DNA of 62,515 nucleotides, counting the filler, from Choristocarpus tenellus KU-1152 (taxonomy: Eukaryota > Protista > Phaeophyceae): assembly GCA_964200185.2 (NCBI GenBank). It is 12 parts of 12 records of this genome, joined end to end, with 100 filler letters (N's around TTAATTAATTAA, not from the genome) between each part and the next. Parts side by side here need not be neighbours in the genome. Positions count along the whole stretch, not along the records: positions 20,553 to 26,265 come from CAXNAD020009932.1; positions 26,366 to 29,362 come from CAXNAD020023047.1; positions 29,463 to 32,452 come from CAXNAD020023101.1; positions 32,553 to 36,937 come from CAXNAD020014797.1; positions 37,038 to 45,955 come from CAXNAD020004199.1; 7 more parts are not named here. The stretch is one strand, 5' to 3'. Within the stretch, counting starts at the first letter, position 1, and each line of letters begins with the position of its first letter. Both the position numbers and the translations under genes were made by a program. Below are positions 24,305 to 37,865 of the stretch, piece by piece. The notes under the pieces are model-generated. The model saw only the letters and a list, made by a program, of their open reading frames with translations, was not told where the DNA came from and searched no databases.

Positions 24305-26550
24305 GTGAGATAACGACATTCCTGAGGAGGTTCTTTCTATTCCAATAATCCATGAGTCTAAAGAAAAGGTTAGTTCAGTTAGGTGTGTACTAGAGATAGA
24401 TGATCGTGTTATTTTACCTTTAAAGGCACAGAATAGGGTTTTAGTTACATTGGCTGGCGTTTTACTTTCTTGGGCTGTACCTTGTTTAGATGTAAAGGTT
24501 GATTATTGTCCTGGTAGATTAAATCAAATTTGTCTTTTGAAAACGTAAGGCAGTTTTTACGGCCAATGCAGCGAAATTTGCGGAGTCAATCATGATTTGA
24601 GCACTTTACAACGAAATGAGACCAGCATTTGACAAGAAAGCGTTCTGGGGCACGTAACTCTTGGTGTGGGCAGTCTGCAACCATGTTTAAAGTACACTCT
24701 CAAGGCCAACTCGTGACTATTGAATGTTATGTGTTGTATTGGCTTGGTGCAGCCATCTTGGCAAACAGTGGCATCAATCAGAGGACTTCATATCAGCCCT
24801 CAAAATATGGAAAAACTAACAATATATGTAAGTATACTGAACATCGAAGTTTGGGAATTTCTTTTGTGATCACTGCAATCACTGGAAAAGACCAAACTGA
24901 TTACCTAACTATTTAATCATATGAAGTACCTAGGATAATGGAGCTGCTGTCTACAATGTATTTTGGTATATGGAAAATGTATTGTTTGATGGAATAGTGG
25001 ACCAAGATATGTGATTATTGTGCTAGGTTTGGCAAATAATATATGATAGACCAATTGGAGCACTAGTTGATGAACATTGTCCTAACCAATAGCCAAGCTT
25101 CAGAAGAAGCACAAAGTGGGGTTTGTAGAAGTCTCTTAACAACTAGAACGGAAAAGATGGCAAAGTTCATACTTTGAACTTGTATAAAAATGTACGCATG
25201 CATGCACACACGCACACACGCACACACACATCAGGATATACCATGCAAAATATGGTTCCTTGATCGAAGATATGAAAGTGATGAACCAAAGCAAATGAGA
25301 AGTACCCAGATTTTAGCCATTTTTAATTTTAAGCTATCATTCTTTCATCTTTTGCAGTTCACCTTTATTTCTATGGATGAAGTGCTACGATTGATTTGAA
25401 ATCAATGTATTCTCTGCTGTTTGAATTTTTCTGTAGAATTCAGAAAATGTCCACGCGTATTTGTACAAAGACCAGATTTTATGCATACTTGCCAGCATCC
25501 GTAAAATGCTACCCCGGGTACCTCTTGTTTACCTTGAATCAACATGAAAGAGGTATACTTCGAAGTATTTTCGACATTTTATCAGTACCTTGACTTCAAA
25601 TATAGTTGTAGGTTTGGTATGGCATCATTAGCTGGCCAGAATCTGGTGGGATACCTACAACCAGACTGTCCTGCCATGCCTGTGATCAAGAGATATCTAC
25701 TTGTATGCATGGGATATCACAGACGATGCGAGTCGAAATGAAATTCCAAGTTTTTCAGAGTTTGCAAGTGTTCCAGAGAAGCGTCAACTCGTTGCACCAA
25801 AAAGGGGTTATATTAGCAATAACGAAGTGGTGCTGTGTACATATTCACATCTTCAACACTTCAGACTACCATTGTTGCCAAATTCCACAACTATGCTCCT
25901 CTGTCGCTTATACTCCCCTTCATGCTGTTGCTTTGCAAGAAGATTGGAGTTTGCAGCAAAGGAATTTTGAATGCTTCTTTCCAACTTGACCAATTGCCCA
26001 TTTCTAGATCTACTCTACCCCAATTCCAAGGCAGCTCCTGTGCTACATGAACTCAAAAGAAAAATACTTTCTGCCTCCCCCTTCCACCAAGTCGAAACCA
26101 TTATGTATAGCCTCAACTCTCACCATTCTGCCAACCTCATAATATACCAGTCCCAACCGCAGTGGTGCATCCTATCCTGACACAACACATATTCTCATCA
26201 TCAATCAAAGCCACACAGCTGAACCAATTCCATTCTAGAGTAACAGGCTCAAAGTATCTGGGGGGNNNNNNNNNNNNNNNNNNNNNNNNNNNNNNNNNNN
26301 NNNNNNNNNTTAATTAATTAANNNNNNNNNNNNNNNNNNNNNNNNNNNNNNNNNNNNNNNNNNNNCCCCCAAGATACTTTGACCCGTGTGTGTGTCATAC
26401 ATTTTACACGTGTGGGGATATCGGCTTGATAGGCCAAGCAGGGTCTGACAGATTCCAGGGAGTAGTACTATGTCTAGTTGGTAGGATTTTATTAACCAAA
26501 TCGGATAACAATAAAGGTGAAAACTGAGAGCAAGGGCATCTAGTGGTATG

Positions 26551-26575
26551 GTTAGGATTAGGGTTAGGGTTAGGG
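26551..26575 (+). repeat. Short interstitial telomere-like (TTAGGG)n run
   Basis: GTTAGGATTAGGGTTAGGGTTAGGG. Shorter runs also occur near 31605, 52255 and 55853. Confidence 0.6.
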
Positions 26576-27169
26576 TTTATAGCCGTGTTCAAATTATTAG
26601 TATGGGTAGGGAAATTACGGATCACTGGGAAAATCAGCGACATTTAAAGGTATTACATGAGCACACATTGGTTGAGAGCGTAGGCAAAGATGGTTATGTT
26701 GGCATAGGCGATGGTCTTGTGAGTAATGCATGACTTGAGAAATGCTGTAGTTATACTATCAGGATAGCTGAGAAGTATATCAAAGCATTTGGCGTAAAAA
26801 TCATGAAAAGCAGATATGCCGGATGTATTTGATGCAATCTGGTCATGATGGCATTTAAACTCTAAATAATATATACCGCTGCATATAACTGTGTGGTACT
26901 GACCTACCAGGCCTGGTTCATTTGAAGCATTAAATTTTTGAGCTCACTCAGGACCGTTACTTCTTTAATTCTCTACACAAGCTGACATATATTCAATCCA
27001 TCTCTTCGTCCACAACCTTCTCCTCCTCTTCATTATCCTCTTCTGTATCCTCCTCGATACATTCACAAGGGGGATGTCACCCTCAGCCCCAGGGGGAGCA
27101 ACGGGGTTCTCTTCCCTCAGCTCACTCTCTTCAACCTCCTCAACTGTCTTCATCTTGACGTCTTCATCT

Positions 27170-28088
27170 GGCTAAACTTGGCACCTTGGCCGGGTAAATC
27201 TTGTGCCCCTATTCATGTGATTATTGATATACAGAAAGCGTGTACTACTCTGTCAATCGTGATCTCCTGTGGGTTGTGCTGACCAAATTCGGAAATATCT
27301 GAGAAATAATTTATGTCGTTCACCAATTCCATGTTGGAATGAGGATATGCGCTCGCATCGATGGTGTGAGTGCACCAACTGGTCCGAGGTTGGACAGGTG
27401 CTTCGGCAGGAATGTGCTCTTGCTTGCATCCTCTTCAATACCTTCTCACTGCAGTGCCAACTTTAGAAGTTAAAGAGTTCGTATCTAGTTTCACCCATCT
27501 CAAGCATCTTAATCTCCAAGAAAGCCACAAACAAGTAGATCAGAGAAGGACAGCCCTTGAGCGAGTCTTCTGAGAAACGCTTCATGCTGACGATGCAGCT
27601 TCGTCTCCAAGACCTAAAGGAGGATTGACGAGGATGATAGCAGTGACTGTGAAGGCGGTCAGATCATTCGGTCTCTGACTATGTCAGCACTGAAAACGGA
27701 GACCACCACGTGTCTACCACCTCCTGACCAGGCTGTAGATATCATGCATATTAAGACACTGGAGCAGACTATAGGCACAGTGAGATAAATCTGTTTACTT
27801 TGGGGGCACTATCATTGACAAAGCTATTATCACTGTTACGATCTGCCGGAGGATCCCGAAAGCTTGAAATTCCTTTTGTAAATACAGCAAAGTGCTTTGT
27901 GACAAGGCCTCAGGTATATCACTCGAGCTTAAGATTTGAATTGCTGATGGCTGAAGTGCTAGAAGTTCTTTTGAAGAGAGATATTGTTTATGACATGACA
28001 CTCCGCCAGGCCCATTGCTTGAAGCTTCGTTCACATCACCATATATTTAACCTAAGATCGAATGAACAAATCCTATATCTCTTTAGTG
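27170..28088 (+). mobile_element. Degenerate LINE (RTE/CR1-like) reverse transcriptase
   Basis: Frameshifted RT motifs appear in order: IDIQKA.YSVNRDLLWVVL, HQFHVGMR, EVGQVLRQECALACILFN, LHADDA (YADD box), FGL.MSALKTE, and LLMAEVLEVLL...TLRQAH..LRSHHH. It is interrupted at 28089 by a TIR element. Confidence 0.88.
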
Positions 28089-29292
28089 GGGTCAAAGTTT
28101 CTGGGGGGGGGTGCCGGTGTCCGTTTTTCACCCTTTTTTCGATTTTCACTTTTTGGTGTGATTTGGTCGCACATGTCGGATTTGAAATGTCAGCTAAAAA
28201 AAGAAGACTGTTCGTTAGGTTCCTTTCTGTCCTTGCGTGCGCAAGAGGAATGGGAATATATTTCACCATTTATTTGGGTTTGATTGGGAGTTTCGACGTT
28301 TGCATGTGTCGGATTTCAAGTTTGTTCAAACAGTATTGTTGGTTTATGTATGTTGGTCGTGCAATTACAATGAAGAATAAGAGATAACCCATTGGTTGTT
28401 TCAGGGCTGGTTATCGGTTTGTTTGGTTGCATGAGTGGGATTTGGTTTGCACATAAAGAGGGCTGTCGGTTAGGGTGTGTGTTCCCACTGTTAGCATGAG
28501 GAATTGAAAAGAAGACTATGGACTGTTGCGAGGTTGGAATTTTCGTTTAATTGCTTGCATGAGTCGTGTCTGGTATGTTCACAAAGAGGACTGTCAGTTA
28601 GGGGCTGTTCTCTTGGTGTGTGCACGAGGAACCAAAACATATATCATGTAATGTTTTAAATATAGTACGTTGTTTATTTGCGTGCATGTGTCGGATTTAG
28701 TATGTACACAAACGTGATTATCGCTCAGTGTGTTAGTGTTGAAGTTGTTGGTATGAAGGAAGGGAAAAGGGTCAGGTTTTGTTTTCGGTTTAGTGTACTG
28801 TATCTTTCATGTAATGTGTGGACAGATTCTGGAGGTGTATAAGAATGGTAATTGGTCAAGGTCTATTGTCGTATGTTTCTCTGAAAACATTTCAAGATAC
28901 ACTTCTAGAGGTCCTGGGTTGGTGTTGTGCTTAGGAGCATCGTGCGTGGGCGTCGGTATGTGTTCCTCCAAGATTTGAAGGAGGACGAGATTGGTTCTAG
29001 TTTGTCGACACTTGGACAAAGCATGAGATGGTGGATAGAGTATTGAGAAGCAGGGGGAAGGTGCGTTGTAGTGTTCAAGGAATAATTGGCGGCTTTGAAA
29101 AGGACAACGTATCCATCGCAGGCCTTGGCGAATTGTTTGGAAACTTAGTTGTAAAGATGGAGAAGAGTTGTTTGATTAATGTTTAATTTTTTTGTCGTCT
29201 AAACCTTGTATTGGACACGCTCTTTTAAACAAATAATAACACAGGTCTAATCCTCAAGATGAGCATGATATATATGATACGCTGACGACTCT
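28089..29292. mobile_element. Larger TIR element (family C), left end with an internal array of roughly 130-bp degenerate repeats; right boundary uncertain
   Basis: It begins GGGTCAAAGTTTCTGGGGGGGGGTGCCGGTGTCCGTTTT, the same terminus type as families A and B. The motif TGCATG(T/A)GTCGGATTT...GACTGT(T)CGTTAGG...GAGGAA recurs at about 28165, 28300, 28425, 28555 and 28683. Confidence 0.6.
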
Positions 29293-29362
29293 GGCTCAAA
29301 GTATCTGGGAGGGGGTGGCGGCTCTCCATTTGGGGTCAATTTTTTCATGTCGCGATTTTTAG
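29293..29362. mobile_element. MITE family B, left part, truncated by contig end
   Basis: GGCTCAAAGTATCTGGGAGGGGGTGGCGGCTCTCCATTTGGGG. Bare termini of the same type sit at contig edges 26246-26265, 26366-26385, 29463-29490 and 32434-32452. Confidence 0.85.
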
Positions 29363-31919
29363 NNNNNNNNNNNNNNNNNNNNNNNNNNNNNNNNNNNNNN
29401 NNNNNNTTAATTAATTAANNNNNNNNNNNNNNNNNNNNNNNNNNNNNNNNNNNNNNNNNNNNGCCCCCGCCCCCTCAGATACTTTGAGCCATACCTCCCT
29501 ATTTCTTCCATCTGTAATTGTACCAAGTATTATGGGGTATTGTAGGGACTTGCGATCTGTTATTTTCTTCTGAACACAGATTTCGTGAAAAACAGGAGTA
29601 TCGCAGTTAGTATGTAATGGGAGTTGTAAACCAAGAAGGTTTGGCGTGTTTGGGGCTACAATCGGTGCACCTCTCTCACTGGTGAACAGCGATTATCGTC
29701 TGGGTCGTCATCCATTGTGCATGGCGTGTGACCTGCAAGCGGCATAGTCGTGAGGAACTAGGCCTTTCCAAGTGGTGTGGTGAGGGGCCCCACCACGGAG
29801 GCTATAATAGAAATATTGCGGGCGTTATATCCTGTACGTTACAAACAGGAACATTTTGGAGGCGTGCGCGCGCACACGGATACGCGCGGAATATATGCGA
29901 CTGATCAGTGAAAAAAAAATTTTGGGGGGGTTTTATTTGAGGTTAATTGGATGTGACCCATTGCATTTGATGCTGGTTTGCGACTCCAATGCTCGTGGTA
30001 ATAATCTGTTTGAAGGTTGTGGTCAAATTTTTGCGTTAGAGTAGCGCTCACGCACAAGAGGCCAACACAAGCCAACACAACAGAAATGCAATTAATTGCC
30101 TCTAACGGAACACGACATCACAGCCAGAAGGACAATAAATAAAAAAAGATCATTAGCGTGTGTAGCATGGAGTTCCTTTTTTTTGTCTCTCTTTTTTGTT
30201 TGTTTGTTGTTGTTGTTGTTGTTCAAAGAGGTTTACCTCTGGGCGGTACGGTGATACTACTACAGTTGCAGTACGTGTTAGAACATCTGCAAGGCGTGTT
30301 CTTTGTAGTAGAATACGATCTGGAAGTTAGGGTAGGGTAGGGTAGAGTGGAAAGCACACATGATCACCACAGTAATGTTTGGGGAATCGGAAGGCTGTGC
30401 ACAGTTTTCTGACGTCTACACAACTACCAACAACCCAGCAGAGATTTCCGACGGTGGGGGTTACTGCTTAGACCAGGCGCGGGCATTTTTTCCATACCTT
30501 GGGGAATGTTGTGCTTTTGTAACAAGGTGTTCTCTTGTAACATTTTGCCAACTGTAATTCACGGAAGATGTTGTGCATGATTTGGACTGGAGGTGTTATG
30601 GGGGCCCAACACAGTGTTTGTTGTCCTTTTCGTTTTATTTTATTTTATTTTATTTTTTTATTTAAAGGATGATGGTGTTATTATGCTGCGATACTCTCTG
30701 TTTGTGAAGAAGTGAATGAAATATAATGCAGCTGCAAGTGCACTTCCATGTTTGATGGGGGATATCTGTATTGGATTTTGGATTATTTTCACAACACCGA
30801 TGGGTGGAACCAAGGAAAATTGTTCTAGATTTTCCGTCACACACCATCGTCATTGTTATTACTATTTTGCAGAAATTGGAATAGAAACACACCTCGACAG
30901 AACAGAACGCTGAAGGACATTGACTAGGGTCCGTCGAGTCTGTCATTAGTTAGTGTTAGGGTTTCCTTTTTCATTCCCAGTTATAGTTGAAGACAGCAGC
31001 AGAGACAGACACTCGTGTTGTTTCCTCTGATGATGTTCCCGAGGGTGCAGAGGTGCTTGCTGTTGCTCCCACTGTGGCGAAGCATCTTGACCTCTGTTGT
31101 GCCAGCGGTTTCACTGTTCCGACCGGTGAACCCAACATGGTTTGTCACTGGTAGCAATACCACTGATGGCAACGAGCCCTCTCTTGTAATGTTGGGGGCT
31201 GTCAGGACGGCAATCAATCCCTTCCTTCCCTTACACCTCCAGATGGATTCGTGAAGTCATGGATTGTCGGCGAAGGAGGCGACCTGTTGACTGATGTATG
31301 ACTGGGTGGGGTGTACGAGTGGATGAGATACCCAGTAGGTATTGAGACCTCTATTTATTTTTTTTCAGTTTTTTTTTTTTAATTTTTTAAATTTTTTTTT
31401 CACGAGCATGAGGTTTCACAGGGCTGAGGGTGCCATAGGGACTCTACTCGGTTGAGTTTTTTTCTCTAGAATGGCAACACTTCCCCTGCTGTGAATAGGT
31501 TTGAGGGGAATGGAGTCGTGCAATTCACGGCCTCATGACTGTGGTTGGTTCTGTGGAGGAAACGCGAGCGGGGGTGGTGGTTGCGCAATCCTCCAAGGTG
31601 CTTCCCTAACCCTAACAGTGAACTCGGTGATAGAACAAGCCAGTTTCTAGAACATGCAGAGAGAGGTTACCGTAGTGGTGGCCTGCACCTGCTGCTGAGG
31701 TAGAGCATGGGGTTGTGCATGATGGGGGGCAGCGTGAATCGGTGTCTCACAGTGTCTGACAAGAGGGACTCGATGGACCTGGCAAACAAGGAGGCAGTGC
31801 TCTTAAGAGAGGTGGTGGTGCTCTCGAGGACGGAGGCGAAGCAGGCGGTGCTTGATGGCCTTAGAGGTCCACATCAGTTATGGGCTGTGCGGGAGAGTAC
31901 TACTGCACATCGAGATCCC

Positions 31920-31958
31920 TCAAGTGATTCAAGTGATTCAAGTGATTCAAGTGATTCA
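31920..31958. repeat. 9-bp tandem repeat (TCAAGTGAT)x4
   Basis: Directly visible. A (TTATG)n microsatellite lies nearby at about 32271-32296. Confidence 0.9.
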
Positions 31959-33210
31959 AAAATGATTAGCCCTTCGCTACACCCGAGTTTGTCTTTGACA
32001 ACGAAAGAGATGGTTTGTAAGAGCAGCGTGCGTCACAAGGGTGCCAGGTGGGGCTTGCCTGGCTCAGCGAGTGGATCAGCGAGGACGGTTGACGGAGGGG
32101 AGGGACCGGTTCTGGTTTGTACCGTGGTGGTGCCTGAGCACAGCAGTTAATGACTTTGTTTTATTGCGAGATGGCTCTGACTGCTGTAGTTGAGAGCTTA
32201 GCATGTTTGCACCATGCAACGTGATACCAGCAGCGGCGGCGGCGGCGGCGGTAGTAGTGTTCATAGCGTGTTATGTTATGTTATGTTATGTTATGTTACA
32301 GCAAAAAGTCAGCAACACTTGGAGAGCGTTAGGTACTAAAACTAACGCAATTTTGTCTCGTAACACGATGTTATCCCATCACATTTAGTGTTATGATATA
32401 ACGTGTGTGTGTGTGTGTGTTTTGCATCGGAGAGACCCAAAGTATCTGGGGGNNNNNNNNNNNNNNNNNNNNNNNNNNNNNNNNNNNNNNNNNNNNTTAA
32501 TTAATTAANNNNNNNNNNNNNNNNNNNNNNNNNNNNNNNNNNNNNNNNNNNNAAGAACCCCCCTTCATCATCCCCTTCATACCATGCCTTTGAGCTAGAA
32601 GACATCTACCCCGCCCAAACTTGACCTCCCCTCCCACCCTAAGATCCAAGTCGGTCGTGAGCAAGCGACAGGGAAGGTGGGCGGGAAAGCTTGCTCGGGG
32701 GTCCTCTTGATCTAGCCCTCCTCGTCTTGTCCCCCAGCCTTAGGTTTCCTCATTCGATTCAATGCTGTTCATTCCTTCTCCCCTTGTGCCTCCGTCTGCC
32801 ACCTATTTTCTTAACTACTCAATCTTTAACTCTTCGTTCCCTCCTTAATACTTATATTTCTTTACTATCCCCTTCCTTGCCTTGTGCCCCCAACCAACCA
32901 GAATTCCTCCCGCCCACAAAACTCAGATTACTTCATAAACGTTCCCTTGGTATAGTGGTACCAGTATCTTCGCCCTTTGGGGTTGTCCTGTCATTACTTT
33001 TGATGTAGAGATCGGATTTAAAAAATAAAAGCATGTTTGTGATGCCCGTCACAATGCTGTCCAGAGTACGGGCTTCGTTTTTTTTTCCCCGCGAAGAAAG
33101 AGGGGTCATATTGGGGTTCGAACCATGGATTGCAAGTCACCAAGAGTGGCAACAGATATACATACTATTACTTGATAAACGTATAGGGTTTTAACAGGAA
33201 AAAAGCCTCC

Positions 33211-34085
33211 CTACCCTTTCTTCTTGTGGACCCACTCTTTGACGTCGGGAAGGATGTCCCCATCGAGGACCAGAACGAAACGCCTCTCATCACGCCCTTG
33301 CTCCGACACCTTGATGTGGCCCTTAGTTTAATAGTCTCTGACCTGACCATTGCCTATCCTGCTGCCATGTTGAGCACCGTTTGACAGTCGTTTCCACCGT
33401 TCTTACACAGGTACAGGATTCGCAATGTTAGAGCCTTTGCTATCACATTTCCTCGTTGAGCACCGGAAATGGGCTACCTTCTTTCGGGATTCAGAGCCCT
33501 TGTAGCCCAACCCTAACATCTTCTTTCTCGTTTCCTAAGCCACTCCGGCTCGCACAGCTTCCAAAGAGACAGGCCCTGCCTCAACTGTCGACTACTAATA
33601 TATTCTACACCTGGGTATTTGCTTAGTGGTTTCGTGAGCGCAATGGCACGCAGTTGCACTGCTCTCTTCCTCAATCTTCCCTTCAGCTGGCCACTATGTC
33701 TCTTTCGCCCGCCATGACCAGGCTTCCCCACAGACTTTGTCACTGTACCACCTGGTGATGGATTCGCCGCTCTCTTCCTGTTTTCCTGAGGTGGCAAAGA
33801 CGGCAAAGCACTTCTCCGGCGTGGTTGAAGACCCAACCATGTTCGTGTGGTAATGCTTTCAATGCATCTTCTCTCAGCGTCAGTGTCGTGACTACATGAT
33901 CCATTTCGCAATTTGATCGTGCTGCTGCGCCATCCACACTACTCGCACTTCTCGTCACCTAACATTGCACTGAGTGTCACACGGTACTTGATTTTCCTAG
34001 GCCTCTCGACAGAGAAGGTGCCGAGGGTAGATCCAAGTGCCAGAGTGGCCTCGGCGACTCTCCTTGTCTCACCGTCGCGGCTCAT
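33211..34085 (-). pseudogene. Decayed intronless Zn-binding HNH endonuclease-like gene
   Basis: From the ATG at 34085: MSRDGET...LGDEKCE*CGW, then after a frameshift EMDHVV...VFNHAGEVLCRLCHLRKTGRERR (the CxxC..DH..N..LCxxCHxxKT signature). A basic, frameshifted C-terminal region ends VLDGDILPDVKEWVHKKKG*. Confidence 0.6.
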
Positions 34086-37000
34086 GTTGCTGTGTAAGTC
34101 ACGTGTGTGTGTCCTCACAGAAAGTGCGCGAAGGCGTTAAAAAGATGTCTGGAAATCTTGATTTTTTTTTCGGGAACACCACAGCAGTCAAAGTTGGACA
34201 GGGACTTGCCCCGGACCAGTTTTCTGCAAAGAGTTCAGCCAACCACTTCATTTTTGTTGATTTTCAAGTCGTGACAAAATTGTGGCAGAGATATTCCCCC
34301 CGCTTTTTTTTCCATTATTTGATTCGGACAAAGCTCCTGTTCCCCAAAGTTTCAACAAAGTCCACTAAACCCTTCAAAAGCTCTTGTCATACCCTTTCAT
34401 TTGATACATATATTGTTGTGATGTTTCCGTGAACAAATTCAAGATTGCCACAGAGGGCGAAGCTACTGGTACCACCTTCGAGAGAAATTGTATAATATTC
34501 TATTATACTAGGTCATAAGTCGTATTGATCTTCACGAACAGAATGTCCCATGTTTTCGCAAAATACATGAAGGAAATATGACCTTTGGTTGTTGAAAAGG
34601 TTTTTTTTTCAGTATGTAGCAATAGTAGTGACAAGATGCTGCAATTATCTCAACACCCCCGCCCCCCGGAATCCCCTCATGTTTGTTTTTGGCTGTTACG
34701 GGCTTGCAGGCGTTTCCATTGCTGCTCTCAGATGCTGTGACCATGGTGCAGGCCATGGTTCTTCAGTGGAAGGTGGGAATAAGTTGTCACTTTTGCCAGA
34801 CATTTGCATGGACAGTAGCTTGCTATCATTCCGCTTCAGGGTGTGAGTTTGAGAATGTCAGCAATTAGTTGATGAAGTAGTCACAGATTCCTCCCTTTTT
34901 TTTTTGTTCAAGTCTTTGAAAAGAGCTACAATATGGAAATGAGGTCCTGTGGCGTCTTGAGTAATGTTTCGATCTAAATCTTGCACTTTGTACTATGTAC
35001 TCGTTTGAAGTAACATTGTAGTAGAATGAATACGTAAATATGCAGGGTGAAAGAAGACCGATAATGCAACGTTTACAGTGGCAGGGTGCGACAAGGTCTG
35101 CACTCACAACCAACAAGATTGACAAGGAATTGGAATGAGGTGCTTGTAAATAGAACTAAGATTTCCTTGTGCAGTCAGGCAGGAAGTCCTGAGCCCTTAA
35201 ATTTGTTGCCTCTGTAAAGTTCACTGTCCTTCGTCGGGCGTACTCTTGGTATACTATTCAGGAACAATCGATAACTGGCAGCATGGGAGTGGTGGGAGGG
35301 AACAGGGTCCGAAAACAGCTCTTGAAACGCCTGTCCAAGATACATTCAGTCCTCACCTGTGGCACTGTTGAATCCATGGGAAATGAGGAGGATACACCTC
35401 GACAGTCTGGAGGGGGCATAAGAAGTACTGGAGGAGCGACTTCAATAGGATGATAACCCCATAGTGCTGGGACAACGAAATAGTAGTAATTGTTTTGGTG
35501 GTGTGATATCGTATGCCTTCAGACTGCTTCCGAAAACCTCCACATGCCCGATGTTGGTTGGACATATCGTGATCTTGTTGCATTCCACCTTGTTGAATGT
35601 TGTCGACTAGATTGCATACATAGCACATAAGAGTTGGTTGTCATGTAACAACAGCTCGAGTGCATTTAGATCAAGTATATATCTTAGCCTAAAGATTATT
35701 ATATTTTTTTGTATGAATCTACTGTGTAAAAGCACCAATTGTATCTGGTCATTGTCGCTCCAAGAGGAGGCGACTTATATTGCTTACATATTGCAATTAA
35801 TGTTCGTATTATTTACGGGATCTCATGTCTTGTCAAGCAACACGGAGTGATATCATTGTTCCCAGGATGGCCTTACATTGTACAACTTGCTCTGTTGGGT
35901 AAAACACTACTTCAAAGGATGCACCATGTGAGTGCTGTGTGTGCATTGTTCGTAATGAGTACCACCCATACAGTATAGACTCCATATTGGTAGATTGTTG
36001 TGTTAGACACTCTGCTAAGATGTACTTTGTACGTTATGATGCATCAGGTCTTTTTGTGATTCGACCTCTATTAATTGTGAGTCGTGTTATTATCCATCGC
36101 TTTACGTGGGTCAGAGGCACTACACGGTACACTACTGCAAGCACTATGACAACCCAACTGTTGTTGCACTATGACAAATTGCACTGCATCCATTCATGCC
36201 CTTCTTCTTGCAAGGTGTTGGGTTTAGCCATCCAACATCGATCCATTCTCCTTCAAATCTTGTGCTGGACCTGCCTCGGCCACCTCACTCTGTATTCAAG
36301 CCTTGCCACCTCTTTGTGGGATTTCTGGTGTTGTATTGTGTATTGGTATACCTCACAGGACAGCATAATAGGTAGGTGTACAATCCATAGTGGTTGCAAG
36401 GAACGTGGACATAGGATAATCGAAAACACATTTTTGACCAGAGAGAGGAACTGTATCTATTGGGTTCAACAACACAGATCTTTCTTAACCACTGACCTAT
36501 ACTACAAGGATGCTCTATTGCATACGCTTGATGATTGTGAAAATATACATGTTAAATATATTAAGTAGCAATAACGGAAGACAGAATGGGTAACTAATAG
36601 TCTAGATGTGTTGCTCATGAAAAGTCTACATTATAGGATGTACTGATACACCTTTAGTGCTTCAACCCCTCCTGCTTGATCCTTATTCATGGTCAGTCGG
36701 ACGACATTGGCCCTCTGTGTGCTTGTATCCAGTGTACCTACTGCATCTTCTCAGCATCTGTTCCAAAACACTCACTTGCCTTGTCTATTCCCCTGAGAAT
36801 CTAGGTATTATGCCTATGCCTTGATTGAGCGCCATGAAAGCACGTTATGGTCATACCATTTCGGTTCTTCAGATAACAGAGGATTTTCAAAATTGGGGAT
36901 GGAGCGGGACTATGAGGATGGTTGTTTTGCGAAAACGNNNNNNNNNNNNNNNNNNNNNNNNNNNNNNNNNNNNNNNNNNNNTTAATTAATTAANNNNNNN

Positions 37001-37865
37001 NNNNNNNNNNNNNNNNNNNNNNNNNNNNNNNNNNNNNCCACGCAATTGCGCCCCAGCTGCAATCATTTACCAAAACATAGGTGGAAAGGGGGGTGGGGAG
37101 GGAGGGGTGGGGGGCAAGGTTAAATGATAATCGGGGTATCATGGGTGAAAGAAGAGGATCGTGGGATTGATATCTGTGAGGTCAAGGGGTTTGTTCAAAA
37201 AGACTGACTCAGTAGTCTATGCCAAAGAATATTAGCCTTGTGAATTGAAAGCATTTATGAGCATAACTTACATTGACCCCAAAAAATTCGATGCACTCGA
37301 TCGTTATCAAAGCGTGCACTGCACACACGAGGTGAGGCGAGTTTACATACTGTCAAGAATAACAAAAAGCAAAAAACAAAAAAATCCCCTCGATTTCAGT
37401 CTTGACTTGTCGCAACATAGTAGAATGATGGAAATTAAATTGTTACAATTCACAACAATGAGGGATATATACCATCAAGTGGGGGAGACATTTCCTGAGG
37501 GGAAGCGCATTTATTGCCCCTTGCACTCAGTACTCTACCTCTCGATGGCAGCGGTTGCTCAAGGAAATGAACGACAACTATTTTCCCAGGATAATCCCTT
37601 CAGTGATAAAGAGACTATTGCATATTGTTGTCCTGCAGCAAGTGAGCCCCAACAGCTCCTGTCCCAAGCATACACTATATTTTCCACAAGCTGAGACACA
37701 AACTAGTTGTGAAATTGCACCCCTGATGGTTGCCCCTTCCCCTCCTTGCAATTTCTATGAACTAGAAGCAATTCCATCTCAGCTCTCCTTTGAGTCAGAC
37801 ACAGCTATTGTAAGTAAGTTTACACTAGTAGTACAGACCCCACCTAGAAACATCATTTCACAAAC

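Noticed and set aside
26400-26740. Possible second tyrosine recombinase remnant (reconstructable WKSATFKV)
   Set aside because: It needs several indels to read, and the catalytic HxxR box is not found.
28150-28780. CRISPR-like reading of the ~130-bp periodic array
   Set aside because: The units are long and degenerate rather than identical repeats with unique spacers. The context is eukaryotic, no cas genes are present, and the array sits inside a TIR element.
29491-32430. Several 60-147 aa ORFs in contig 7
   Set aside because: No recognisable domain or phase-consistent exon chain was found.
8398-36937. Apparent immune or defence island (MLKL-like, Mx-like and HNH genes close together)
   Set aside because: The genes are on different contigs joined by artificial spacers, so their proximity in the window carries no information.
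35280-36937. 209-aa ORF 35939-36568 and a minus-strand EYRVRW chromodomain-like word (possible Gypsy remnant)
   Set aside because: There is no coherent domain, splice structure or LTR, so it cannot be supported.
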